Assembly: GCA_948329525.1 (NCBI GenBank)
Contig: CAOJBM010000003.1
Location: 1 to 45,427 of the forward strand
Reading direction: 5' to 3'
DNA from: an uncultured Mycoplasmatota bacterium
Lineage (GTDB): Bacteria; Bacillota_I; Bacilli_A; RF39; UBA660
Length of the DNA stretch: 45,427 nt
Positions within the stretch are counted from its first letter, which is position 1. Each line of letters begins with the position of its first letter. A program made the translations under genes and the position numbers. Shown one piece after another: positions 31,751 through 40,777 of the stretch. The notes beneath the pieces were generated by a model. The model did no database searches, was not told the origin of the DNA, and saw only the letters and a program-made list of their open reading frames with translations.

Positions 31751-31790
31751 TGTCGAAGTTTGTCATATTTTGTCGGAATTTGTAGAAAAC
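31751..31790. repeat. four tandem 10-bp units TGTCGAAGTT TGTCATATTT TGTCGGAATT TGTAGAAAAC upstream of comK-like
   Basis: Read directly. Exact 10-bp phasing. The first unit contains the Spo0A 0A-box heptamer TGTCGAA. The array covers the -35 region of the comK-like promoter. Confidence 0.6.
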
Positions 31791-31792
31791 GT

Positions 31793-31816
31793 TAAAAAAA
31801 TACCATTTTTTGGTAT
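31793..31816 (-). terminator. dnaN intrinsic terminator
   Basis: Minus strand reads ATACCA-aaaaa-TGGTAT followed by TTTTTTT, directly after the dnaN stop. Confidence 0.75.
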
Positions 31817-31817
31817 C

Positions 31818-32936
31818 TTAATAAGTTTTTATAGGTAGTATTAATTGTATTAATGATTCATCTGTAACAGATTTAACTACTATTGGTTTTATCTCACCAT
31901 TTAATAAAATTAATATATCTTCTTCTTTAATTGTTTTTAAAGCATCTAACATATATTTAGCACTATAAGATATATCTATTTGCGAATCTGGACTCGTTTC
32001 AATATTTAACTTTTCTTCAACTTTTCCTATTTCTGAAGCATAAGAATTGATTATCATTATGCCATTTTTTATTTTCATTTTGACAATGTTTTTATCTTTT
32101 CCTTGAGTAAGTAATGCTGCTCTATCAATAGAGGAAGCAAAATCTTTAGCTTTTGCTGTTGCAATAATGGAAAATTCATTTGGTATTAAATTTGATGTAT
32201 TAGGATAAGTTCCACTAAGTAAATTAGTTTGAAAAATTATATTTTTATATTTAAACAAGACTTTATTATTAAAGATATGAATTTCTAAGTCATCATCTTC
32301 AGTAATTATTTTATCAAGTTCAATAATATTCTTTCCAGGAATAACGATATTTATATCTTCTTCATATGCTTTTTCTAGTTTTATATTTTTTTTGGCTAAA
32401 CGATAAGAATCTGTAGCAATACATTCTAGAGTATCCCCTATTACTTTAAAATTAATTCCTGTTAAAAGTGGTCTTAATTCTTGAGTAGATATTGCAAAAG
32501 AAGTTTGATTGATAATTGTTTTAAATAATCCGCTATTTATTACTAAAGGATTTTTTGTTTCCTCTAATTTTAAATTTGGATACTCTTTTGCATCAAGACA
32601 ATTTAAATCATATTGACTACCATCTGTATATATTCTTATTTTAAGTCCTTCTATTAGTTCAAAATTAACTATATCACTAGGCATTTTTCTTATTATATCT
32701 AGAATATATTTACTTTGAATAATAATTGTTCCTTCACTTTCTACATTTGTAATATTCTTTCTTTGAATAAAAGTTTTAATTGTTAATTCAGAATCACTTG
32801 CTGTTAAAAATAGTCCATCACTATTTAATTCAAATTTTATACCATTTAAGATTGGTATAATATTTTTTGGAGATATAGCTTTAGCTACATTGTTTAGATT
32901 TTCTAATAATAGAGTTTTTTCTATTGAAAATTTCAT
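31818..32936 (-). CDS. dnaN: DNA polymerase III beta sliding clamp
   Basis: 372 aa with a three-domain clamp pattern; lies downstream of dnaA. Confidence 0.93.
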   Translation of the reverse strand: MKFSIEKTLLLENLNNVAKAISPKNIIPILNGIKFELNSDGLFLTASDSELTIKTFIQRKNITNVESEGTIIIQSKYILDIIRKMPSDIVNFELIEGLKIRIYTDGSQYDLNCLDAKEYPNLKLEETKNPLVINSGLFKTIINQTSFAISTQELRPLLTGINFKVIGDTLECIATDSYRLAKKNIKLEKAYEEDINIVIPGKNIIELDKIITEDDDLEIHIFNNKVLFKYKNIIFQTNLLSGTYPNTSNLIPNEFSIIATAKAKDFASSIDRAALLTQGKDKNIVKMKIKNGIMIINSYASEIGKVEEKLNIETSPDSQIDISYSAKYMLDALKTIKEEDILILLNGEIKPIVVKSVTDESLIQLILPIKTY

Positions 32937-33079
32937 TTTCTTTCCTTCTTTCTTATTATTTTATATTTATTATGATTATTATAGAGTTGATATTGTTAAT
33001 AACTTCTTATTTATCCCTATATATAGGAGAAAAGTTATTAAATTTTAGATGTTAATAACTAAATATTTATTAACAAGTA
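32937..33079. other. dnaA-dnaN intergenic part of a probable bipartite oriC (weak DnaA boxes plus an AT-rich stretch)
   Basis: TGTTAATAA (reverse complement TTATTAACA, one mismatch to TTATNCACA) at 32994 and 33050. TTATCCCTA at 33009. Near-pure A/T run at 32950-32988. Confidence 0.5.
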
Positions 33080-34462
33080 TTATAATTTTGTTTTAATTTC
33101 ATTGATAATTTCTTTTAATTGATTATTATCTTTTAATTCATCTGCAATTTTTTCGTAAGCATACATAACTGTTGTATGATCTTTACCTCCAAATTCTAAT
33201 CCAATATTAGGAAATGATTCATCTGTTAATATCCTAGATAAGTACATAGCTACTTGTCTTGCAAAAGCGACATTTTTACTTCTATTCTTTCCTTTTAAGA
33301 CTTCCACTGTAATACTATAGTATTCAGCAACTGCCCGTTGTATATTAGATATATCATTCATCATATAGATATTAGAATTTATATAATCTTTTAAAGCTTC
33401 TACTGTAAATTCTAAATTTATTTTTTCAGGTACACACATTACTGTATAAGCTTGAAGTCGATTAATTGCCCCTTCTAGACTTCGAACATTATTGTCAAAA
33501 TTATTGGCAATATATTCAATAGCTTCTTTAGTCATTTTACTACCAATATTAAGGCGATTAACTTTATCTTCAACTATTTTACATCGAAGTTCATAATCAG
33601 GTGGAAAAATATCCACAGGAAGTCCCATTGCAAATCTACTTCTTAGTCTTTCTTCTATTTTCTTTAAATCTTCTGGAGAACTATCAGAACTAATGATAAT
33701 TTGTTTTCCTTTTCTTTGAAGAATATTGAATGTATTAAAGAATTCATCTTGAGTTTTTTCAGAACCAACAAGTAATTGAATATCATCGATAATCAAGACA
33801 TCAATGTTACGATACTTATTTTGAAAGTATGTTGCGTAATCAAAAGAAGCTTTTTTATCAGGTGCTATCGAAATATTAACAAAGTCCGTTCTAAAATCTT
33901 CAGTAGTTGTATATAAAACTTTTAAAGTATTATCTTTATTACTAACTATGTAATTTCCAATAGCATGCATCAAATGAGTCTTTCCTATGCCACTTTTCCC
34001 ATAGATAAATAAAGGATTATATAATTTTCCTGGATTTTCTGCTACGGCAAGTGCTGCAGATTTGGCAAATCTATTAGTTTCTCCTACTACAAAGTTTTCA
34101 AAGTTTAAAGTCGAAATTAACTGTGTTTCAAACTCATTGTTAATAAGTTCTTTGTTATTCACAACTTGATTTTGTAGTTGTTCTAAACTATCACTTTCTT
34201 TTTTTATTTCATCTTCTAAAACAAATTCTATATTATAATTAACTCCTGTTAATTTAAAGAATGTTTCTTCTATCATTTCATAGTAAAAATTGCTCAAGGT
34301 AGTTTTATGAATAAATAAAGGAACGAGGATAGTTATTTCATTAGCTGTCATTTTATGAATACTAATAGTTTTAAACCATGTGTTAAAAGATACTGGATTA
34401 ACTTGTTCTTTTATTATATCAAGAAAGTTATCCCAAATATCTTTGGTATTCAATATCCTCAC
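33080..34462 (-). CDS. dnaA: chromosomal replication initiator DnaA
   Basis: GKSGIGKTHLMHAIGN Walker A, AAA+ sensor motifs and a C-terminal DHTTV DNA-binding signature. The track start is GTG; a TTG three codons later is an alternative. Confidence 0.95.
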   Translation of the reverse strand: MRILNTKDIWDNFLDIIKEQVNPVSFNTWFKTISIHKMTANEITILVPLFIHKTTLSNFYYEMIEETFFKLTGVNYNIEFVLEDEIKKESDSLEQLQNQVVNNKELINNEFETQLISTLNFENFVVGETNRFAKSAALAVAENPGKLYNPLFIYGKSGIGKTHLMHAIGNYIVSNKDNTLKVLYTTTEDFRTDFVNISIAPDKKASFDYATYFQNKYRNIDVLIIDDIQLLVGSEKTQDEFFNTFNILQRKGKQIIISSDSSPEDLKKIEERLRSRFAMGLPVDIFPPDYELRCKIVEDKVNRLNIGSKMTKEAIEYIANNFDNNVRSLEGAINRLQAYTVMCVPEKINLEFTVEALKDYINSNIYMMNDISNIQRAVAEYYSITVEVLKGKNRSKNVAFARQVAMYLSRILTDESFPNIGLEFGGKDHTTVMYAYEKIADELKDNNQLKEIINEIKTKL

Positions 34463-34690
34463 CCCACAATCCTACCAATAACCTAAATTCATTTTAGCTC
34501 ATAATTAAAATTTTTGAAAGTACTTATTTGTAAATTTGATTAATTCACAATTTATAAACAAAGTTACTAACAAATATAATCGTTATAATAACTTATTTTT
34601 AGCAACTTATCAACATTATCCACAAATTTTTTATTAATATGTTAATAACTTTATCCACAATTAACAGGGAAAGTGGGGATAAATTCTAAA
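34463..34690. other. oriC / dnaA control region with a DnaA-box cluster
   Basis: Perfect TTATCCACA at 34616-34624 and 34651-34659. TGGGGATAA (TTATCCCCA) at 34674-34682. TGTTAATAA at 34640-34648. The gene-strand switch occurs here. Confidence 0.8.
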
Positions 34691-34695
34691 ATTAT

Positions 34696-34723
34696 TTGAC
34701 TTAATCAAAAAAAAAGTTATAAT
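34696..34723 (+). promoter_or_regulatory. near-consensus sigma-A promoter driving the radical-SAM gene
   Basis: TTGACT, a 16-nt spacer, then TATAAT; starts 14 bp after the last DnaA box. Confidence 0.65.
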
Positions 34724-34747
34724 AATTCGAAAAAAAGGGGAATGCTT

Positions 34748-36130
34748 ATGTATAAATTAACAATATCTGAAAAAGAAAAAATGATGCAAGATTTAGATTA
34801 TAAAACTCATCAAGAATATAAATATAAAATATGTGCTGAACCACTACAGCGAAATACTTTTCAAGATTGTTATCGTGAACAATTAGTATCATTTTTTCAA
34901 ATGGCACCCTTAATAAATAAAACTGTTCCTTTAGAAGAGGCAGACTATATATTATATTCAAATCCTTATGCCAGAGTACAAGATTTTAGTGATTCAGTAT
35001 TAAAAGAATTAGATGATATTAATGCAAGAAGAAAATCTACAGCAGAAATTATTATTTGTGGTAAAGCCACAAATATAAAACATATTTTAAAAGATAAATA
35101 TGAAAATATTACTTATGTACCTAGTCATTTTGCAGAATATGTTGGGAAGAGATTTGAATTAGATTTTAAAGAAGAGTATGTTGTTTATGATGATAGAAAT
35201 GGATTTTTAAATATCTGGCCCGTAGATGGTTGTTTAAATAAGTGTGGTTTTTGTAGGAGAACTTTCATGGATATTCCTTTTGAAAGTCAACCAATTGAAT
35301 TTTTAAAAGAAAAACTTGATTGGTATAAAGAAAATTATCCTGAACAAATGAAATATGTATCATTAAGAGCAGAAAATTTAAATCAGTATGGTTTAGATAT
35401 AGATGGGGAAAATACAACATATAAAGTAATTGATTTACTTAATAGTTATGATGAAATTAAATATATTAGTATAGGAATAGGATATTCTGTAGGGGAAACA
35501 AATGAAAAATTAAAAGAGTCATTAGCTAAATGTAATAAAATAGGAGATATAGTATTATATCCTGAAACAGGGTCCGATAGGTTATTAAAATTAATAGGAA
35601 AGAAACATACTTGTGCAATGGTTAAAGAATTTATTAAATTTTTAAGAACATATCACCCTAATATTGTAATTTGGGTAGCTGTTATGATAGGATTACCAAC
35701 GGAAAGCTTAAGTGATATTGAAGAACTTGGAAATTTATTAATGTCGTGTGATATTGATTTAGCTCACTGTAATTATTATGGTTATGTTGATAAACATCCT
35801 TTAGCAGTTTATCCGCAAATTAGTCAAAATTTAAAAGAATATCATTTAAAATATTTAATAAATTATATTAAAAAACATTATAATAAAGAGAAAATATTAA
35901 CACTTCGTCATGAAACTTTCTATGATTCTTCAAAAAGAAGTGTTGTAAGAGAATTAGAACAAATAAAAAAAGAACAAAAATATACTAAAGGAAGAATTTT
36001 ATATGGGGAAACTTATGAGTATTTTTGTGGAGACGATATAGTGGTTAAATCTCATCAAGAAATTACGTCTCAAGATAAATTAGAAGAAGAATATGATAAA
36101 GTTGTTACGAAAAAATTATTAACAAAATAG
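34748..36130 (+). CDS. radical SAM enzyme with an N-terminal flavodoxin-like domain (MiaB/RimO-like layout, divergent)
   Basis: CLNKCGFC is a CxxxCxxC motif in the context VDGCLNKCGFCRR. ENLNQYGLD resembles the methylthiotransferase core. The second ATG (34748) has better spacing to the GGGGA RBS than the track start at 34742. Confidence 0.75.
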   Translation: MYKLTISEKEKMMQDLDYKTHQEYKYKICAEPLQRNTFQDCYREQLVSFFQMAPLINKTVPLEEADYILYSNPYARVQDFSDSVLKELDDINARRKSTAEIIICGKATNIKHILKDKYENITYVPSHFAEYVGKRFELDFKEEYVVYDDRNGFLNIWPVDGCLNKCGFCRRTFMDIPFESQPIEFLKEKLDWYKENYPEQMKYVSLRAENLNQYGLDIDGENTTYKVIDLLNSYDEIKYISIGIGYSVGETNEKLKESLAKCNKIGDIVLYPETGSDRLLKLIGKKHTCAMVKEFIKFLRTYHPNIVIWVAVMIGLPTESLSDIEELGNLLMSCDIDLAHCNYYGYVDKHPLAVYPQISQNLKEYHLKYLINYIKKHYNKEKILTLRHETFYDSSKRSVVRELEQIKKEQKYTKGRILYGETYEYFCGDDIVVKSHQEITSQDKLEEEYDKVVTKKLLTK

Positions 36131-36147
36131 TTTTTTGACTTCAAACC

Positions 36148-36177
36148 TTGACATTTCTTCTTATTTATTATTATAAT
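36148..36177 (+). promoter_or_regulatory. sigma-A promoter of rpmH-rnpA
   Basis: TTGACA, an 18-nt spacer, then TATAAT. Confidence 0.6.
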
Positions 36178-36209
36178 AAGGGAGCTTAAGAGATGTGGAG
36201 GTGTTTATA

Positions 36210-36332
36210 ATGAAAAGAACTTATCAACCAAATAATCGAAAAAAAGCAAAAAAACATGGATTTTTTGCAAGAAAAGAAACTAATATTTTAAAATCTAGAA
36301 GAAAAAAAGGTCGTAAACAATTATGCAAATAA
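36210..36332 (+). CDS. rpmH: 50S ribosomal protein L34 (40 aa)
   Basis: Below the track length cutoff. GGAGGTG RBS. Translation is [40 protein letters not shown]. Confidence 0.9.
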   Translation: MKRTYQPNNRKKAKKHGFFARKETNILKSRRKKGRKQLCK

Positions 36333-36352
36333 ACCACAGTTAGTGGTTTTTT
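36332..36352 (+). terminator. hairpin plus T-run between rpmH and rnpA
   Basis: AACCAC-agtta-GTGGTT followed by TTTT. Confidence 0.55.
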
Positions 36353-36375
36353 AGTCTTTATAAAGGAGAATATTT

Positions 36376-36705
36376 ATGCAAAAAAGAGAGGTTGTTAAAG
36401 ATAATCAAGAATTTAATAATATAATCAAAACTAGTAAATGGGTAAAAAATAATTATTTTGTCATTTATTATAAAGAAAGTAATTATGGAGTTCCTAAGTT
36501 TGGAATTGCTGTTGGAACTAAAATAGGTAAAGCTCATATACGAAATAAATTTAAAAGACAAATAAGAAATATTATTACAAATAACAAGTTTTTATTCTCA
36601 AATAAGTATGAATATATTATAATAATGAAGAAGGCGTGTAGTGAGTTAAAATATGCTAATATGGAAGAAGAAATAAAAAGGTTAATAGAAAAGGTGTCAA
36701 AATGA
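36376..36705 (+). CDS. rnpA: RNase P protein component
   Basis: KAHIRNKFKRQIRN (RNR motif); the TGA stop overlaps the yidC ATG (ATGA). Confidence 0.9.
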   Translation: MQKREVVKDNQEFNNIIKTSKWVKNNYFVIYYKESNYGVPKFGIAVGTKIGKAHIRNKFKRQIRNIITNNKFLFSNKYEYIIIMKKACSELKYANMEEEIKRLIEKVSK

Positions 36706-37643
36706 AAAAAAAATTAAAAGTAATATTAATAGTTTTATTATTAATATTAAGTACAGGTTGTACAAAATATGTTAAAGATGGCAAACAAAATGTAACTTAT
36801 GAAAAAACAGGTCAAACTTTAACAGCAAATATATTATGTAAACCACAAGAAGAAGATTTATATAAAATTTATGAAGAAAATAATGATGAATTAGCAGTGA
36901 AACTTGAAGAGCTACCAAGTTGTGATGATTTTAAACCAAATTCTTTAAAATATGTTAGTCTTTGGGAATCACTAATTGTTAAACCTCTAGCTTGGATAAT
37001 TTTACAGTTTGGTTCTATTGTCAAAAATATGGGTGTTTCAGTAATGTTAATTGGTCTTATAATTAGAATTTTATTATTACCAGTTTCTTATAAAACAGTA
37101 ATTCAATCAGAGAATATGAAAAAAGCTCAACCAGAAATTAATAAATTAGAAAAGAAATATAAAAATAAAACTGATAATGAATCTTTAATGATGAAAAGTC
37201 AGGAAACAATGTTAATTTATAAAAAATATAAAATTAATCCTATATCAGGTTGTTTACTTTCATTTATTCAACTTCCTTTATTTTTAGGATTTTTAGAAGC
37301 AATAAATAGAGTTCCTGCAATCTTTGAAGATTCATTCTTAACAATGAATTTAGGAATGACTCCTTTAACAGGAATTATGAATAAGCAATATATTTATGTT
37401 ATCTTAATAGTATTAATTATTTTAAGTACGTACTTTTCTTTCAAAATGTCAATGAAATCTCAAAGTGCTGGTGGAGCTAATGTGGAGCAACAAATGCAGT
37501 ATATGTTCTTATTCATGATTGTAATGATTTCTATAGCGTCATTTAGTTTACCAACAGCAATCGCATTATATTGGATTATTACTAATGGTTTTGCAGTTAT
37601 TCAGACCTTAGTAATAAAAAAATTAAATGAAAAGAGGAAGTAG
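36702..37643 (+). CDS. yidC: membrane protein insertase YidC (lipoprotein type)
   Basis: Lipobox LLILSTGC and the five-TM YidC core. Confidence 0.9.
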   Translation: MKKKLKVILIVLLLILSTGCTKYVKDGKQNVTYEKTGQTLTANILCKPQEEDLYKIYEENNDELAVKLEELPSCDDFKPNSLKYVSLWESLIVKPLAWIILQFGSIVKNMGVSVMLIGLIIRILLLPVSYKTVIQSENMKKAQPEINKLEKKYKNKTDNESLMMKSQETMLIYKKYKINPISGCLLSFIQLPLFLGFLEAINRVPAIFEDSFLTMNLGMTPLTGIMNKQYIYVILIVLIILSTYFSFKMSMKSQSAGGANVEQQMQYMFLFMIVMISIASFSLPTAIALYWIITNGFAVIQTLVIKKLNEKRK

Positions 37644-37645
37644 AA

Positions 37646-38251
37646 ATGAATATTAAAGAGTTTGTTGGAAAAACAAAAGAGGAAGCTATAAATAAAGCTT
37701 TAGAAGAATTAGGAGTTGAAGAAGAAAATCTTCTTTACAAGATAGAAGAAGTTAAAGGAAAACTATTTAAAGCTGCTACAGTTAAAGTAAAAGCAGTTAC
37801 TATTAATGATGTTAGTGAATATTTAAAGAGTTATTTAAATGAATTATTAACTAATATGAATATTGAAGCCAACTACGAAGTAAATGTTCGTGAAGGAAGA
37901 ATTAGTATTAAAATGTTTTCTTCCCAAAACTCAATACTTATTGGTAAAAATGGTCAAACACTTAAAGCACTTACAAATATCTTAAAGCAAGTAGTGTATA
38001 AAGATATGGAAGTATATCCTTATATAATCTTAGATGTTGAAGATTATAAAGAAAAACAAGAAAAAAGATTAGAAAGATTAGCAAAGAATATTGCTCGCGA
38101 AGTAAGAACAACAGGGGTTGAAGTAGCTATGGATAATATGAACTCTTATGAAAGAAGAATAGTTCATAATGTTTTAGCAAAATACGAAGACTTATCAACA
38201 AATAGTGAGGGAGAAGAACCTAATAGACATATAGTTGTTAAATTAAAATAG
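37646..38251 (+). CDS. jag: Jag/KhpB RNA-binding protein (Jag_N, KH, R3H)
   Basis: The N-terminal Jag_N region, GKNGQTLKAL (KH) and ERRIVHNVL (R3H) are present. Confidence 0.88.
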   Translation: MNIKEFVGKTKEEAINKALEELGVEEENLLYKIEEVKGKLFKAATVKVKAVTINDVSEYLKSYLNELLTNMNIEANYEVNVREGRISIKMFSSQNSILIGKNGQTLKALTNILKQVVYKDMEVYPYIILDVEDYKEKQEKRLERLAKNIAREVRTTGVEVAMDNMNSYERRIVHNVLAKYEDLSTNSEGEEPNRHIVVKLK

Positions 38252-38254
38252 AAG

Positions 38255-38281
38255 CAATTTCGATTATTGAGATTGTTTTTT
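38255..38281 (+). terminator. hairpin plus T-run after jag
   Basis: CAATTTC-gattatt-GAGATTG (one G-U pair) followed by TTTTTT. Confidence 0.5.
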
Positions 38282-38335
38282 CTTTTATAAAATTTAATTT
38301 TATGATAAACTATCTTTAATTAGGGAGGTTTTGTT

Positions 38336-39298
38336 ATGGCAGATGTAAATACTATAAGAAAAAAAATTGAAAATAATGAAAATATTAAAGAACCAATAAA
38401 TGAAATTTTAAGAAAAATAGCTAAAAGTAATGACAATGTATTAGTATTAAAAGGTGCTCGAGGTAGTGGAAGAACAACAGTTTTGCTAGAACTAGAAAAA
38501 AGTCCAATAGGGCCAGATACTGGAATTTATCATCATTTTGACCATACTGGTTTAGGTGTTACTAGTAAAGCCGTTGGCCTAGATTTTATTAAACATCGTT
38601 ATGAATTAGAAATGGCTTCTGTTTTAGTACAATTTTTAATGTCTCGTAGAGGTTGTGCGAAACGTACAGAAATAATAAAAGAAGAATTAAAAGAATTACG
38701 AAGCTTATTCATTTATGATATAAATAGTTTAGGAATAAATGATTCCTTTAAGTCAACAATTGTATCTTTTGGGCATTATACTGAAGATTTAATAAAAGAA
38801 ATAAGAAATGTATATAGCCCTAGAAAACTTTTATTTTTAGTCGACCGTTTTGATTGGATGTTTAATTTTAGTCCTGAAGCTCAAAGATGTATTCAAGAAT
38901 ATTTTAAGTTATTTGACCAAGTAATACTCACAACAGATGATATAAATTATTCTTCTAAATATCCGACAATTGATGTAAATTATGGAGAAAGAAAAGAAGT
39001 TATAAAAGAGATTATAAAGAAATATATTGAAATAAAAAATATTGATAAAAGGAAAGAAGAAAAGATAGATTTTAGCTTTATTACAGAAGAAACATTTGAC
39101 TATATTGTAGATATATCAAATGGAGATATCGAAGTAATGTTAAGAGCAATTAATAAGTTATGTAATTATTTTGATAGTTCACCAGAAGAAGAATTGAATA
39201 ATTCTTTGAAAAATGAATTAGACGTTCAAGTCTTAAGAAGAATAGAACTTAAAAAAATAAATATCCAAAGTAATACTTCACCAAGATTTTATATATAA
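38336..39298 (+). CDS. orphan P-loop NTPase-like protein with Arg in place of the Walker A Lys (320 aa)
   Basis: AGGGAGG RBS. KGARGSGRTT is encoded by aaa ggt gct cga ggt agt gga aga aca aca. LLFLVDRFDW is Walker-B-like. Flanked by terminators. Confidence 0.6.
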   Translation: MADVNTIRKKIENNENIKEPINEILRKIAKSNDNVLVLKGARGSGRTTVLLELEKSPIGPDTGIYHHFDHTGLGVTSKAVGLDFIKHRYELEMASVLVQFLMSRRGCAKRTEIIKEELKELRSLFIYDINSLGINDSFKSTIVSFGHYTEDLIKEIRNVYSPRKLLFLVDRFDWMFNFSPEAQRCIQEYFKLFDQVILTTDDINYSSKYPTIDVNYGERKEVIKEIIKKYIEIKNIDKRKEEKIDFSFITEETFDYIVDISNGDIEVMLRAINKLCNYFDSSPEEELNNSLKNELDVQVLRRIELKKINIQSNTSPRFYI

Positions 39299-39303
39299 TT
39301 AAG

Positions 39304-39347
39304 GTGCTGTCTAAAGTTAATTATTTAACTTTCAACAGCCTTTTTTT
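39304..39347 (+). terminator. strong intrinsic terminator after the P-loop orphan
   Basis: GCTGT..AAAGTTAA-ttat-TTAACTTT..ACAGC followed by C and then TTTTTTT. Confidence 0.75.
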
Positions 39348-39405
39348 GACTTTATATTGAGTTAATTCTCTTTCTTGTGCTATAATACCGGCGGGAAGTG
39401 AGTTT

Positions 39406-40767
39406 ATGGAAGATACAATATGTGCTATAGCAACATCTAGTGGTATTGGAGCAATATCTATAATTAGGATAAGCGGCGAAGATGCTATTCCTATAGCAAA
39501 TAAAATATTTAAAGGTAAAGATTTAACAAAAGTTCCTACTCATACTATAAATTATGGTCATATTGTTGAAAATGATAAAGTTATCGACGAAGTGTTAGTA
39601 TCTGTAATGAAATCACCTGCCTCTTTTACGACAGAAGATGTTGTTGAAGTAAATTGTCACGGCGGAATTGCTACTACTAATAAAGTTTTAGAATTATTAT
39701 TAACTAATGGTTGTAGATTAGCAGAAAGAGGAGAATTTACAAAAAGGGCTTACTTAAATAATAGAATAGATTCCCTAGAAGCAGAATCAGTAATGGATTT
39801 AATAAATGCTAATACTGAAATTCAAAGAAAGATGGCTATCAATGGTTTGGAAGGAAAAGTATCTAATTTAATTAATAGTCTCCGTGCTGATATGGTTGAA
39901 GTTATATCTAATATTAATGTTAATATAGATTATCCAGAATATGATGATGTTTTAGAAATAACTAATGGTGTTTTAAGTCCTAAAATAAAGAAAGTAAAAG
40001 AAAAAATAGAAGAAATACTAAAGGAAAGTGAAAATGGTAAAATCATTAAAAATGGTATAAATATAGCTATAATAGGCAAACCAAATGTTGGTAAAAGTAG
40101 TTTGTTAAATGCCTTAATCGAGGAAGATAAAGCGATTGTAACAGATATTGCTGGGACGACAAGAGATATAGTTGAAGGAGTAACTTCTATTAAAGGAATT
40201 CCTCTAAATATTATTGATACTGCTGGAATTAGAAAATCTAATGATGTAATTGAAGAAATCGGAATTAAGAAAAGTTTAGAAGCAATTGATAAAGCTGACT
40301 TAATTTTATTTATGCTTAATAATAATGAAGAAATAACAAATGAAATAATTGAATTATTTAAAAAAGTAAAAGAAAAAAAATATATTGTTATTATAAATAA
40401 GACTGATTTGCCTACTGAAATAGAATTAAGTAATTTAGAATTAGAAGAAAATGAAGTTATTAAAATGAGTATTAAAGAGAATGTTGGAATAAAAGAACTA
40501 AAAGAAAAGATTATCGAATTATATGATTTAGAAGAAATAGAAAATAAAGACTTAGTTTATTTAACGAATGCTAGAAGTATTAGTATTTTAAAAGAATGTT
40601 TAAATAAAATAAGCGAAGTAGAAAGTGGTATTGAAAATAATCTTCCTATTGATATTCTTGAACTTGATATTAAAGCTATTTGGGAAGAATTAGGGAAAAT
40701 TAATGGTACTACTTATGAAGAAGAATTATTAGATGAAATGTTTAAAAGATTTTGTTTAGGAAAATAG
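39406..40767 (+). CDS. mnmE: tRNA modification GTPase MnmE
   Basis: GKPNVGKSSLLNAL G1 motif, DTAGIR and the C-terminal FCLGK motif. Confidence 0.95.
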   Translation: MEDTICAIATSSGIGAISIIRISGEDAIPIANKIFKGKDLTKVPTHTINYGHIVENDKVIDEVLVSVMKSPASFTTEDVVEVNCHGGIATTNKVLELLLTNGCRLAERGEFTKRAYLNNRIDSLEAESVMDLINANTEIQRKMAINGLEGKVSNLINSLRADMVEVISNINVNIDYPEYDDVLEITNGVLSPKIKKVKEKIEEILKESENGKIIKNGINIAIIGKPNVGKSSLLNALIEEDKAIVTDIAGTTRDIVEGVTSIKGIPLNIIDTAGIRKSNDVIEEIGIKKSLEAIDKADLILFMLNNNEEITNEIIELFKKVKEKKYIVIINKTDLPTEIELSNLELEENEVIKMSIKENVGIKELKEKIIELYDLEEIENKDLVYLTNARSISILKECLNKISEVESGIENNLPIDILELDIKAIWEELGKINGTTYEEELLDEMFKRFCLGK

Positions 40768-40777
40768 GGTGATAAAA

